The notes: generated from the letters alone by a model not told the origin. A DNA stretch of 32,000 nucleotides from Cuniculiplasma divulgatum (GCF_900083515.1 NZ_LT671858.1:60001-92000), one strand, 5' to 3'; shown: positions 1 to 7,589, counted from the stretch's first letter. A program made the numbers and translations.

Positions 1-1103
1 TCGTTATTGAGGACATGGATAGCGTCACTCTGAACAATGGGAGCATTGTCTTTGACTTCTCTTCACTGCCGACAAAGCAAGCCCAGAATTTCTATGCCGA
101 GCTTATGCTGAGGCAAATATACAGGGAAATGGAGGAGCGCAAGAGGGAAGACGTTCTTGTACTCATAGACGAAGCTCATAGACTCACCAAGTCATATCAT
201 ACAATCCTTGACATCATGTCCAGGGAGATAAGGGACAAGGGAATGCTTTGGATTATTACGCAAAATCTCATCGACATACTACCTGAAATGAGGGCAAACT
301 TCGGAACAAAGTTCACCTTCAGACTTGGTGATGCCGATCTAAACATGCTGTCATACAATCCGCTGATGAGATTTGCCGTTGAGATACTACAGCCAAGGCA
401 GTTCATAGACATAGAGTTCCCGGAAGGCTCATCATTTTCGCCGGTATTCACATACGTTTCGAATGGCTTGGAGCACAAGGAAACACAAAAGGTCGCGGCG
501 GAGGTATCGGAGCCAAAGAGGGAAGTGGGAGTCGGAGGGAGAGGGGAGATCATCGACTTCAGGAGGGAGGCCCAGGAAATCCTCAGCGAGAAGATGTCTT
601 ATGCAACAGAAATGGGAAAGATAATCGCAGAGAAGTATGGTATCACGAAGGATCAGGCAAAACTCAAGCTGAAATCTGCTCTTGAAGAACTCAAGAACAA
701 CAACGAAGTTGGTAGGGTGAAGTATCTCAGGGAAGGAAAGCCAATAGTTATGTATTATTCCAGGAATCCGAATCTGTCGAATCTGCATACAGGAATGCAG
801 AGCCAGGTGGTGGGAATCCTGAATGATCTCGGTGTAACTATAAACAGGATATCCACCACGGGAGAAAGGAGTGCATTTGACATCGAAACAGACTTCTTCA
901 TGATCGAGATTGAAACGGGCTTGAAACACAGCATGGAAGACCTGAAAGACAGAATAAAGAGCACCAACCTGAGAGTGATCATTATTGTACCGAACAAGGA
1001 ACTAATGGAGAAGTATATAGGATTAGAAGAGAACGTAATTGTTGCTACCATTGACTCCTTCAAGGTCCTTCTTGAAGAGCCTCAAAAAAATAGAGGCTCA
1101 TAA
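1..1103 (+). CDS. HerA/FtsK-type (DUF87-like) P-loop ATPase, C-terminal part; gene runs off the left edge
   Basis: The frame is open from nt 3 to the TAA at 1101-1103, with no stop before the ATG at 15. A Walker-B-like VLVLIDEAHRL is followed by SREIRDKGMLWIITQN...FTFRL, the pattern of HerA/VirB4-like plasmid ATPases. The Walker A motif must lie outside the window. The C-terminal ~170 aa (wHTH-like stretch, then FDIETDFFMIEIETG) is unassigned. Confidence 0.6.
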   Translation, partial: VIEDMDSVTLNNGSIVFDFSSLPTKQAQNFYAELMLRQIYREMEERKREDVLVLIDEAHRLTKSYHTILDIMSREIRDKGMLWIITQNLIDILPEMRANFGTKFTFRLGDADLNMLSYNPLMRFAVEILQPRQFIDIEFPEGSSFSPVFTYVSNGLEHKETQKVAAEVSEPKREVGVGGRGEIIDFRREAQEILSEKMSYATEMGKIIAEKYGITKDQAKLKLKSALEELKNNNEVGRVKYLREGKPIVMYYSRNPNLSNLHTGMQSQVVGILNDLGVTINRISTTGERSAFDIETDFFMIEIETGLKHSMEDLKDRIKSTNLRVIIIVPNKELMEKYIGLEENVIVATIDSFKVLLEEPQKNRGS

Positions 1104-1291
1104 ATGAAGCATGAAGAGGATTGCCAAGACTATAACGAATGCGATACCTGCTTTGACTAGACTCTTGAAAATGACGAATAGGATGAAGAACACAATCAGT
1201 GCTCCCCCAATAGAGGCTTCAATCGGTGAAATTGGAACTGCCACATGGGTTGCGCGCAATATTTAAACCTGAACTTGCATGAGAATGAACA

Positions 1292-1519
1292 ATGAACTGG
1301 AAGCTGACATCCATTCTTGTGATTGTTGTCGTGGCATTCATATTCTTAGTTCCTGTAGTTCCCGCTGTTGGATTATTACCCGGTGTTGCCCAAATCCAGA
1401 ACCATCCAGTATATTTCCACTATTACAAATCGATAAGCGGTGTATTCACTCCATTCGGGACAAGCTTCTATGGGAAATACTACTTCCATCCGTTTCCGTT
1501 TTGGGGTACTTATGCTTAA
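1292..1519 (+). CDS. small membrane-anchored hypothetical protein (75 aa)
   Basis: ATG ORF with one clear N-terminal hydrophobic helix (ILVIVVVAFIFLVPVVPAVGLL) and an aromatic-rich tail. No recognisable family. The overlapping 1279..1584 ORF looks less protein-like. Confidence 0.3.
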   Translation: MNWKLTSILVIVVVAFIFLVPVVPAVGLLPGVAQIQNHPVYFHYYKSISGVFTPFGTSFYGKYYFHPFPFWGTYA

Positions 1520-1571
1520 CAGTGATTATCGGCAATAGACCGGCAAGCCCTATTTTTTCAATTTTTGAAAA

Positions 1572-1607
1572 CGTTAACCACTAACCGTTACTCCAAGCAG
1601 GTTAACC
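1572..1607. promoter_or_regulatory. cluster of GTTAAC-core palindromic motifs upstream of parA (candidate operator/centromere)
   Basis: The motifs are cGTTAACC at 1572-1579, TAACCGTTA at 1582-1590 and GGTTAACC at 1600-1607, all within 36 nt and 35-70 nt upstream of the parA start. The same 8-mer recurs at 2654, 3393, 3408 and 3444. Confidence 0.35.
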
Positions 1608-1642
1608 ATAAACTTATAACCCTTTCCAGACAAGTTTGATTG

Positions 1643-2395
1643 ATGATCATCGCCATCGCTAACCAGAAAGGAGGTTGCGGAAAGACAACCACCGCAGCGA
1701 ATCTTGGAGCGTTGCTATCGAAGAAACACAGAGTGCTTCTGATTGACATCGACCCGCAGGGAAATCTCACCACTCATTTTGGAATCAACAAGGCAGATCA
1801 AAAGCGCACAATATACGATGTAATGTTAAATGGCAGGATTGAGGAATCAATAATCCGAAAGGACGGGATCGACATCGTACCAAGCACCATCGACCTTGCA
1901 GGTGCGGAGGTTGAGCTAACAGGAAGGATTGGCCGCGAGTACATTCTGGATAATGAACTCAAGAGGATTGCCAGGAAATACGACTTTGTAATCATAGATA
2001 CTCCACCGAGTCTGGGAATATTCACAATCAATTCGCTTGTTGCATCAGATTATGTTCTGATACCGGTGCAGGCTGAATTCTTCGCCTTGGAGGGATTGAC
2101 CCAATTAATGAAAGTCGTCGAACTCGTGAACTCACGGCTTTCAAAGAACTTGAAACTGCTTGGAATGGTCATGACTATGTTCAATTCAAGAACAAGATCC
2201 TCTAGGGAAGTTTTTGAAGACGTACGGAAGCACTACTCAAAGAACCTCCTTAAGACAGTTATACCCAGAAATGTCACCATAACGGATTCAACCATGGCAG
2301 GTTCTCCTGTTGTGAGATATCGGAAATCGGCACCTGCATCAAAATCATATATTGCGCTTGCAAAGGAAATTGAGAGAATCTTGAAGGTGAAATAA
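1643..2395 (+). CDS. parA: ParA/Soj-family partition ATPase
   Basis: Deviant Walker A motif (IAIANQKGGCGKTTTAANLG), the IIDTPPSLG motif, and the length expected for ParA/MinD-class ATPases. The ATG at 1643 is preferred over the TTG at 1640. Confidence 0.9.
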   Translation: MIIAIANQKGGCGKTTTAANLGALLSKKHRVLLIDIDPQGNLTTHFGINKADQKRTIYDVMLNGRIEESIIRKDGIDIVPSTIDLAGAEVELTGRIGREYILDNELKRIARKYDFVIIDTPPSLGIFTINSLVASDYVLIPVQAEFFALEGLTQLMKVVELVNSRLSKNLKLLGMVMTMFNSRTRSSREVFEDVRKHYSKNLLKTVIPRNVTITDSTMAGSPVVRYRKSAPASKSYIALAKEIERILKVK

Positions 2396-2667
2396 TGGCA
2401 GATATCAAGAAGAGAGGATTGGACAGTCTCATATCACAGAACTCACACTCCGAGGTCGCGACAAATAGGCAAGAGGAGAGATTCACAAAAACGGTAGGCT
2501 TCAAGGTAACTGAAAAGCAGTACGAAACCTACAAGAGATATTCAAAATACTTTGGCTCTGACAACCTGATAAAGAAATGGCGTTCTGATCTTGACATGAT
2601 AGAACAGGAGAAAGGCAAGGACATGGAGAGCGTTGAAACAGAAATCAGGAAACGGTTAACCAAGTGA
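2395..2667 (+). CDS. small ParA-partner protein (ParB-N-terminus-like KKRGLDSLI motif, RHH-like middle)
   Basis: The ATG overlaps the parA stop (ATAATGG), implying translational coupling. It encodes 90 aa. The N-terminal KKRGLDSLI resembles the ParA-interacting N-terminus of ParB proteins. The functional assignment is an inference from position. Confidence 0.55.
   Translation: MADIKKRGLDSLISQNSHSEVATNRQEERFTKTVGFKVTEKQYETYKRYSKYFGSDNLIKKWRSDLDMIEQEKGKDMESVETEIRKRLTK
2611..2667 (+). repeat. 57-bp perfect direct repeat, copy 1 (3' end of the parA-partner gene)
   Basis: A character-by-character comparison shows it is identical to 3350-3406. It contains the palindrome GGTTAACC at 2654-2661. Confidence 0.95.
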
Positions 2668-2774
2668 CGGATTATTTATCCTTTAAAGGCCAATCCTATT
2701 TATATGGTTCACTCTGGATTACGCGGTTACAGGAAAGAATATTATACATTGTGAAAGTATAATGTTTTGAAGTT

Positions 2775-3308
2775 ATGAAGATACAAAGCGACGCTTGGTT
2801 TGTATCGCACGCCGTGATATTAAAGAACACAATTCGTATGGTTTTCGGTTTAGTATGGGCCATAGATGCATCATTTAAGTTTCAGCCAAGCTTTATCAAC
2901 TCATTTCCAAGTCTTATTGCTTCTGCAGCTGCGGGACAACCATCCTGGCTCTCTGGGTGGTTTACATTCTGGCAAACAACGACTTCTTCCAACCCGGCCT
3001 TATTCGCCTATTCTGTTGCGATTCTGGAAAGTGCCCTGGCTTTTTCCCTGATTTTTGGGTTCATGAGGAAAATTGCATATGGTGGTGGGTTCTTCTTCAG
3101 CCTGGTTATCTGGTCAATACCAGAAGGATTTGGTGGACCATATGGACCAAGCTCCACAGACATAGGTACGAGTATCATTTACGCTTTTGTATTCCTCCTT
3201 CTTGCCATCATATCTGCAACTTATGGAACCAGCAAGTATTCTCTGGATGCCTTGATAGAGAAACGTGTTTCATGGTGGCATAAAATTGCTGAGATAAAGC
3301 AGGGATAA
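2775..3308 (+). CDS. DoxX-like polytopic membrane protein
   Basis: A 177-aa protein with about four hydrophobic helices. The overall pattern (FGLVWAIDASFKF..., SLVIWSIPEGFGG) resembles DoxX/DoxD-family proteins. The family call is from memory and is unverified. Confidence 0.5.
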   Translation: MKIQSDAWFVSHAVILKNTIRMVFGLVWAIDASFKFQPSFINSFPSLIASAAAGQPSWLSGWFTFWQTTTSSNPALFAYSVAILESALAFSLIFGFMRKIAYGGGFFFSLVIWSIPEGFGGPYGPSSTDIGTSIIYAFVFLLLAIISATYGTSKYSLDALIEKRVSWWHKIAEIKQG

Positions 3309-3349
3309 ATGAGGATATGCCCTTCAACACCAACAATCTAGAATACGTG

Positions 3350-3406
3350 AAAGGCAAGGACATGGAGAGCGTTGAAACAGAAATCAGGAAACGGTTAACC
3401 AAGTGA
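3350..3406 (+). repeat. 57-bp perfect direct repeat, copy 2
   Basis: Identical to 2611-2667. It is preceded by unrelated sequence that forms a 29-codon remnant ORF (ATG 3317, MPFNTNNLEYVKGKDMESVETEIRKRLTK). Confidence 0.95.
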
Positions 3407-3451
3407 TGGTTAACTTGTAACGTAAAGTTATAAAGCGTTGAAAGGTTAACA
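3393..3451. promoter_or_regulatory. second cluster of GGTTAAC(C) motifs (candidate centromere-like site)
   Basis: GGTTAACC at 3393-3400, GGTTAAC at 3408-3414 and GGTTAAC at 3444-3450, all within 58 nt. Confidence 0.35.
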
Positions 3452-3491
3452 TTATAAGGGTATTAATACTCCAGACATTAGAGGGAGTAGA

Positions 3492-3929
3492 ATGTCATTC
3501 TCCGGCAGATTTTCGAGATGGATCCCGTTATTAATCGTAGCGGTTGTTGACTTCTTTGTCCTCTTTTCAGTACTCTATTTTTTACCCAGTTCTTCTCCTT
3601 ATTACACGCCACTTTACTACATAGTATGGGCTCTGACCTTTGCTGCTGTAGTTCTCACTGGCAATTCCATAAGATTTAAAACAGGTTTTGGAAGAAGAGT
3701 TGTTTACAGATCAAAACCTAACTTCATTTACAGCAATATAGTTGACGATTCCGACACAGATGAATACAAGAAGAAGCTTAAGGAAGCATCCGATCTCTAC
3801 CTTCAAGGGAAAATAAGCTCCGATGAGGAATTCTTCTCAGCAATAGGCGAGCATACACCAAAGGAGGAAAGTATTTTCCGCGCTCTGAAAGTAGCACGGG
3901 AAAACTTTGGAAAAATGGGCAGGAGATAA
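3492..3929 (+). CDS. membrane protein with SHOCT-like C-terminal segment
   Basis: Two N-terminal hydrophobic helices. The C-terminal KKLKEASDLYLQGKISSDEEFFSAIGE resembles the SHOCT short C-terminal domain pattern (L..L...G.Is.eEF). Confidence 0.45.
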   Translation: MSFSGRFSRWIPLLIVAVVDFFVLFSVLYFLPSSSPYYTPLYYIVWALTFAAVVLTGNSIRFKTGFGRRVVYRSKPNFIYSNIVDDSDTDEYKKKLKEASDLYLQGKISSDEEFFSAIGEHTPKEESIFRALKVARENFGKMGRR

Positions 3930-3990
3930 TCATGCAAATGCAATACCTGCGTCTTCTGATAACTGCAGGTTCAATAAGACGGGAGAACCT

Positions 3991-4212
3991 ATGGCTCAAA
4001 AGCTAAGCCAGAGAGAATACTTCATCATTTCTACTTCTTTTGCAGCATTAGGTCTTGTTGCTTTGACAGCTGGCCTTTACTACTTTTTTGGATACGTGAG
4101 CTCAAGCTCAGTATCTAACATTGTATTCTACTCTGCTCTATGGATTGTTGGAGTATTAGTTCTCCTAAGAAGATACTCAAAACGCAGACCTTCGAAAGGC
4201 AATAACCAGTGA
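3991..4212 (+). CDS. small two-helix membrane protein
   Basis: The ATG at 3991 is preceded by GGGAG. There are two hydrophobic helices and a basic tail (RRYSKRRPSKGNNQ). The longer 3907 start would overlap the previous gene. Confidence 0.35.
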   Translation: MAQKLSQREYFIISTSFAALGLVALTAGLYYFFGYVSSSSVSNIVFYSALWIVGVLVLLRRYSKRRPSKGNNQ

Positions 4213-4299
4213 CTTCACTGTCACTAAACTTGTAATTTTAGTAACGCCACTAAACACTGGATTTTAATAACATATGCGCCCCTAAATTCTATGAATTAA

Positions 4300-4905
4300 A
4301 TGGCACTCGCTTTCGCTTATGTTCGTGCCAGCACCCAGGAAGAGGTCAGGCAGGGCTCAAACGAGAGGCAGAAGGCCATAATCAGAGAGTACGCGAAGTC
4401 CAGGGGCTATGAACTTGAATTCTTCGAAGACAGGGCGAAGTCCGGGAAGAACATCCAGAGGCCGGATTTTGAGAGGATGCTAAATTCTCTTGATGCCAAG
4501 CCGAAGCTTGTCATTGTCGCAAAGATCGATAGATTTGCCCGTTCCCTATCAGACCTGCTGAGAATGCTTGAATATCTGGACCAGAAGGGCATAGGATTCA
4601 TCAGCGTCAACGACCCAGGCATAGATACAACCACACCCAACGGAAGGCTCCTGCTGCAAATCCTGGGTGCTTTTGCGGAATTCGAGAGGAATATGATCAA
4701 TTCCAGAACAAAGGCAGGAAGGGAACAGGCCATGAGCAGGGGAGTCAAATTCGGGAGGCCTGCACTGAAAACGAGGAATGGAAGCTTCATAGACAGGAGG
4801 AAGGTCATTGAACTGAAAGAGAGAGGCCTTTCTGCAAGAGCCATAGCAAAGTCCATGGAATGCTCAATAACGCCAATACTGAAAATCCTGAAAGAAAGCC
4901 ACTGA
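4300..4905 (+). CDS. small serine recombinase (resolvase/invertase family)
   Basis: The N-terminal catalytic domain carries AYVRASTQEE (Ser nucleophile context), IDRFARS, GAFAEFERNMINSRTKAG and FGRP. A C-terminal HTH is present (LSARAIAKSMECS). At 201 aa, the length is typical. Confidence 0.9.
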   Translation: MALAFAYVRASTQEEVRQGSNERQKAIIREYAKSRGYELEFFEDRAKSGKNIQRPDFERMLNSLDAKPKLVIVAKIDRFARSLSDLLRMLEYLDQKGIGFISVNDPGIDTTTPNGRLLLQILGAFAEFERNMINSRTKAGREQAMSRGVKFGRPALKTRNGSFIDRRKVIELKERGLSARAIAKSMECSITPILKILKESH

Positions 4906-4921
4906 TTCTCAGTGAAAGAGA

Positions 4922-4949
4922 GAGAGTCGCCGAACGCGTCGGCGCTCTT
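4922..4949 (+). terminator. GC-rich hairpin just 3' of the recombinase gene
   Basis: The stem is cgccga 4928-4933 / tcggcg 4939-4944 with loop acgcg. It is extended by gagag/ctctt with one bulge and is followed by a T/A-rich run. It could equally be a protein-binding palindrome. Confidence 0.35.
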
Positions 4950-5165
4950 CTTATATATAATATATACCTGATACAATGAACATAACATTCTAAAAAAATG
5001 GAATTTTCTTCTATTTTTCTAAAGTAAAACCAAACAAACACATCCACTCGTTTTCTGACACTCTCTCTTCTGAAATGAAAACGACTGTTCTACGACACTC
5101 AATGATTCGACTCGTTCGGAACTTTTAATAATCTTACCAGTGAATCATAAAAGTGCAGTGATCGC

Positions 5166-6251
5166 ATGGCTCTGAAAGATCCATATGCGTTCTTTGACAG
5201 CAAGGTCAAGCAGAGGGCAAAGGAAACCAGCAACATAAAGAATGCACAGCTATTCGACATGGATTTCAAGCCAAATCGCATCCTCATAAGAAAGGAACTT
5301 GACAAGGTTACCAATGACCTTGCAGACTACGTGAACCTAAACCTTCCCAGGCACATAATCATCTATGGTTCAAAGGGTTCCGGCAAGACGCTTAGTGCTT
5401 TGATCATGGCAAAGGCCCTGAAAGAGAGCAAATCTGTGCCATATTACTACATAAACGTAAGAGAGAACCCAACCTCCATAAAGATATACAGGTATCTGAC
5501 AAGGATATCCAGCAGAGGCCATGACATTGATGAAGTAAAGAACAAATTTGACTCGTTGCTGTCTGGAAAGTCAATTGTTATACTGGACGAAGTTGATTTT
5601 CTCCAGGACTATGATGTCCTATACCACATAACGAGACATACAAAAGCTAACCTTATCCTGCTGACCCAGAAAGTCTACTGGTACAAGGACATGAACGACG
5701 AGAGCGTGAAGAGTTCCCTGCAGCCTGACCACATAGTGTTCCATGAATACAACGCAGATGAGATTCGCGAGATACTGAAAATGAGGGCAGAAGAAGGTCT
5801 TAACAAATTCGACAAGGTTGCTTTAGGCCTCTTATCCGCCATGCTTGTCAGGGAGTACAGGAGCGATGCGAGGATCGGCCTCAAGGCACTGGAGATACTT
5901 GGAAGAGTTAACAAATGGACTGATGAGGCAGTCATATCAGCATTGAGGCAGGCTTATGTGGAGGTGGAGGGAGAAACTCTAAGGAATCTTGGAGACAGGG
6001 ACTTATTGATTCTGGCGTCATTGATCAAGAACCAGGACACGAATAAAGCCTATGCTGAAGTGACGAATATCAACAGCTTCCTGGTTAAGGGAATGAGCAA
6101 GTCAACATTCTTCCAGAGCGTCAACTACCTGCAGAACCTAGGTCTGGTCACGCTGATTAAGAAAAAGATTGGCCGGTACTACACAATGGAATCGCAAATT
6201 TTATTATCTGATGCGTCGATTGTATCTGTCGAATTAAGAAAAAGGCTTTGA
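5166..6251 (+). CDS. cdc6: Orc1/Cdc6-family replication initiator
   Basis: AAA+ Walker A (IIIYGSKGSGKTLSA) and Walker B (IVILDEVDFL), with a C-terminal winged-helix-like region (STFFQSVNYLQNLGLVTLIKKK). At 361 aa, the size is as expected for archaeal Orc1/Cdc6. Confidence 0.8.
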   Translation: MALKDPYAFFDSKVKQRAKETSNIKNAQLFDMDFKPNRILIRKELDKVTNDLADYVNLNLPRHIIIYGSKGSGKTLSALIMAKALKESKSVPYYYINVRENPTSIKIYRYLTRISSRGHDIDEVKNKFDSLLSGKSIVILDEVDFLQDYDVLYHITRHTKANLILLTQKVYWYKDMNDESVKSSLQPDHIVFHEYNADEIREILKMRAEEGLNKFDKVALGLLSAMLVREYRSDARIGLKALEILGRVNKWTDEAVISALRQAYVEVEGETLRNLGDRDLLILASLIKNQDTNKAYAEVTNINSFLVKGMSKSTFFQSVNYLQNLGLVTLIKKKIGRYYTMESQILLSDASIVSVELRKRL

Positions 6252-6290
6252 AGAGTTTCAATGATAACCATAAGACTATCCAGGTAATAT

Positions 6291-6720
6291 TTTGGTATCT
6301 ATCGGTAAGACTTCGGCTCAAATTCACCCCTAGCCCCTCGTTGAGCCTTCGTCAATTGCTATGTGCCCTTCGCTCGCCTGCACGCCGAGCACAGGACCCC
6401 ATGCTTCGCCTACAATCAAAATTCACCCCTAACCCCTCTTTTGATTTCCATCTCGCACTCTTCTGCGAAGAGCCCCTCATTCGCCTTGCTCATTCAGGGT
6501 GGTGTCCTGTGCTCGCCGCTCGTGGTGTATGTGTGGTGTTACACACCTTCGCTTCGCTTGGTGTTCCACACCACCCACCGCTAACGCTTACACCACTCGG
6601 TCTTGCTACGCAAGACTTCCGGCTCGCTTCGGGCACATTACTCTCTCCTGCGGAGGTCAATTTGAGGGGAACAGGGTAGGGGAATTTTTGACCGCACCAT
6701 CTCGTTGCACTCGGTGCGGG
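6291..6720 (+). ncRNA. GC-rich hairpin-dense element, copy A (candidate structured RNA; family unknown)
   Basis: GC is visibly above that of the flanks, and ORFs are open in many frames on both strands. Six perfect hairpins are present (coordinates in findings). It is homologous end-to-end to 27784-28166. The strand is inferred from one G-U pair and from TATA-like and T-run context, so it is tentative. Confidence 0.5.
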
Positions 6721-6881
6721 ATTATTGGAATATGAGAGAATTCTTCCGCTAGAACTAATCAAACAACGGAAAGCGCTATGCGAAATTCGTAATCAGATCT
6801 ATCAGGGGTCAAACAGAAAGTTGCAACCAAATTATTTTCGTTCTCTGGTTTCTCACGTGAAAAAGTAGCATTTTTCAGTTT

Positions 6882-7262
6882 TCAGTGTAATGAAGTCTGT
6901 TCGATTAAACGCAGCAGTGGAAGCAAACTCTCCCTCACATTACGGCCAAATTCAGTGAGTGAATAATTAACTCCTTCTGTTTCTTCTCTTCTCTGGATTA
7001 AATGTAAATCCTGCAACTCCTTAAGCCTACTGGAAATAATCGTTGAGCTTGAATAGGGGATGTCTCTCAGTATTTCATTGAAATTCTTCCTGTTTCCATT
7101 GTTTCCTATTACACCCAATATCATCATGGTGTATTTCTTGCCAATCAGGCTAAGAAGAGGCAGGGACGGATCAACACACACCGTAGATTCGCGATCCTCG
7201 ATCATGCAGGCCTTGTTCTTGTTTTGGAATCTCGTGCGTTCATCATTCTGGATTTTCCCCAA
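6882..7262 (-). CDS. HxlR-type winged-helix transcriptional regulator
   Basis: CVDPSLPLLSLIGKKYTMMILGVIGNNGNRKNFNEILRDIPYSSSTIISSRLKELQDLHLIQRRE matches the HxlR (DUF24) pattern. The gene is divergent from the mer genes. The track start at 7262 is TTG; the ATG at 7205 (MIEDRE...) is an equally plausible start. Confidence 0.75.
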   Translation of the reverse strand: MGKIQNDERTRFQNKNKACMIEDRESTVCVDPSLPLLSLIGKKYTMMILGVIGNNGNRKNFNEILRDIPYSSSTIISSRLKELQDLHLIQRREETEGVNYSLTEFGRNVRESLLPLLRLIEQTSLH

Positions 7263-7342
7263 TTTATATCACCCACATATCATCCAGGAAGGTTAAAAAA
7301 AGTTTACGTTTCCATATTAATATCTGCCTGCGATGTGAAATA

Positions 7343-7576
7343 ATGCCAGAAGAAAGAGTGAAGCTCAGAATATATGGAATGACGTGCGATGACTGCGTTA
7401 GGACAGTAAGCAATGGTCTCAAGAACCAGGATGGTGTCCTCGATGTAAGAATCTCCCTGAAAGACGGCACCGGAGAAGTTAATGTGGATTCGGATAAAGT
7501 AAATCCAGAGGAACTTCTTAAGAACAAGGTATTCGAAAAGCCGTCACACTACAAAGCAACTCTCATGGATCAATAA
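7343..7576 (+). CDS. heavy-metal-associated (HMA) domain metallochaperone, MerP/CopZ-like
   Basis: GMTCDDCV metal-binding motif in a 77-aa ferredoxin-like-size protein, immediately upstream of merA. Confidence 0.85.
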   Translation: MPEERVKLRIYGMTCDDCVRTVSNGLKNQDGVLDVRISLKDGTGEVNVDSDKVNPEELLKNKVFEKPSHYKATLMDQ

Positions 7577-7589
7577 AGGGGGCATAGAT

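Noticed and set aside
1098-1259. Minus-strand 48-53-codon hydrophobic ORF (VAVPISPIEASIGGALIVFFILFVIFKSLVKAGIAFVIVLAILFMLHL)
   Set aside because: It looks like a two-helix membrane peptide but has only GTG/TTG starts, overlaps the ATPase stop, and cannot be supported without expression or conservation data.
6248-6762. Four overlapping ORFs (6248..6679 +, 6363..6584 +, 6499..6735 +, 6490..6762 -) that could be read as protein genes
   Set aside because: - They overlap each other in different frames and on both strands.
- They have Pro/Arg/Ser/Leu-rich low-complexity translations typical of GC-rich non-coding DNA.
- The homologous copy at 27784-28166 differs by a 25-nt indel, so no frame is conserved.
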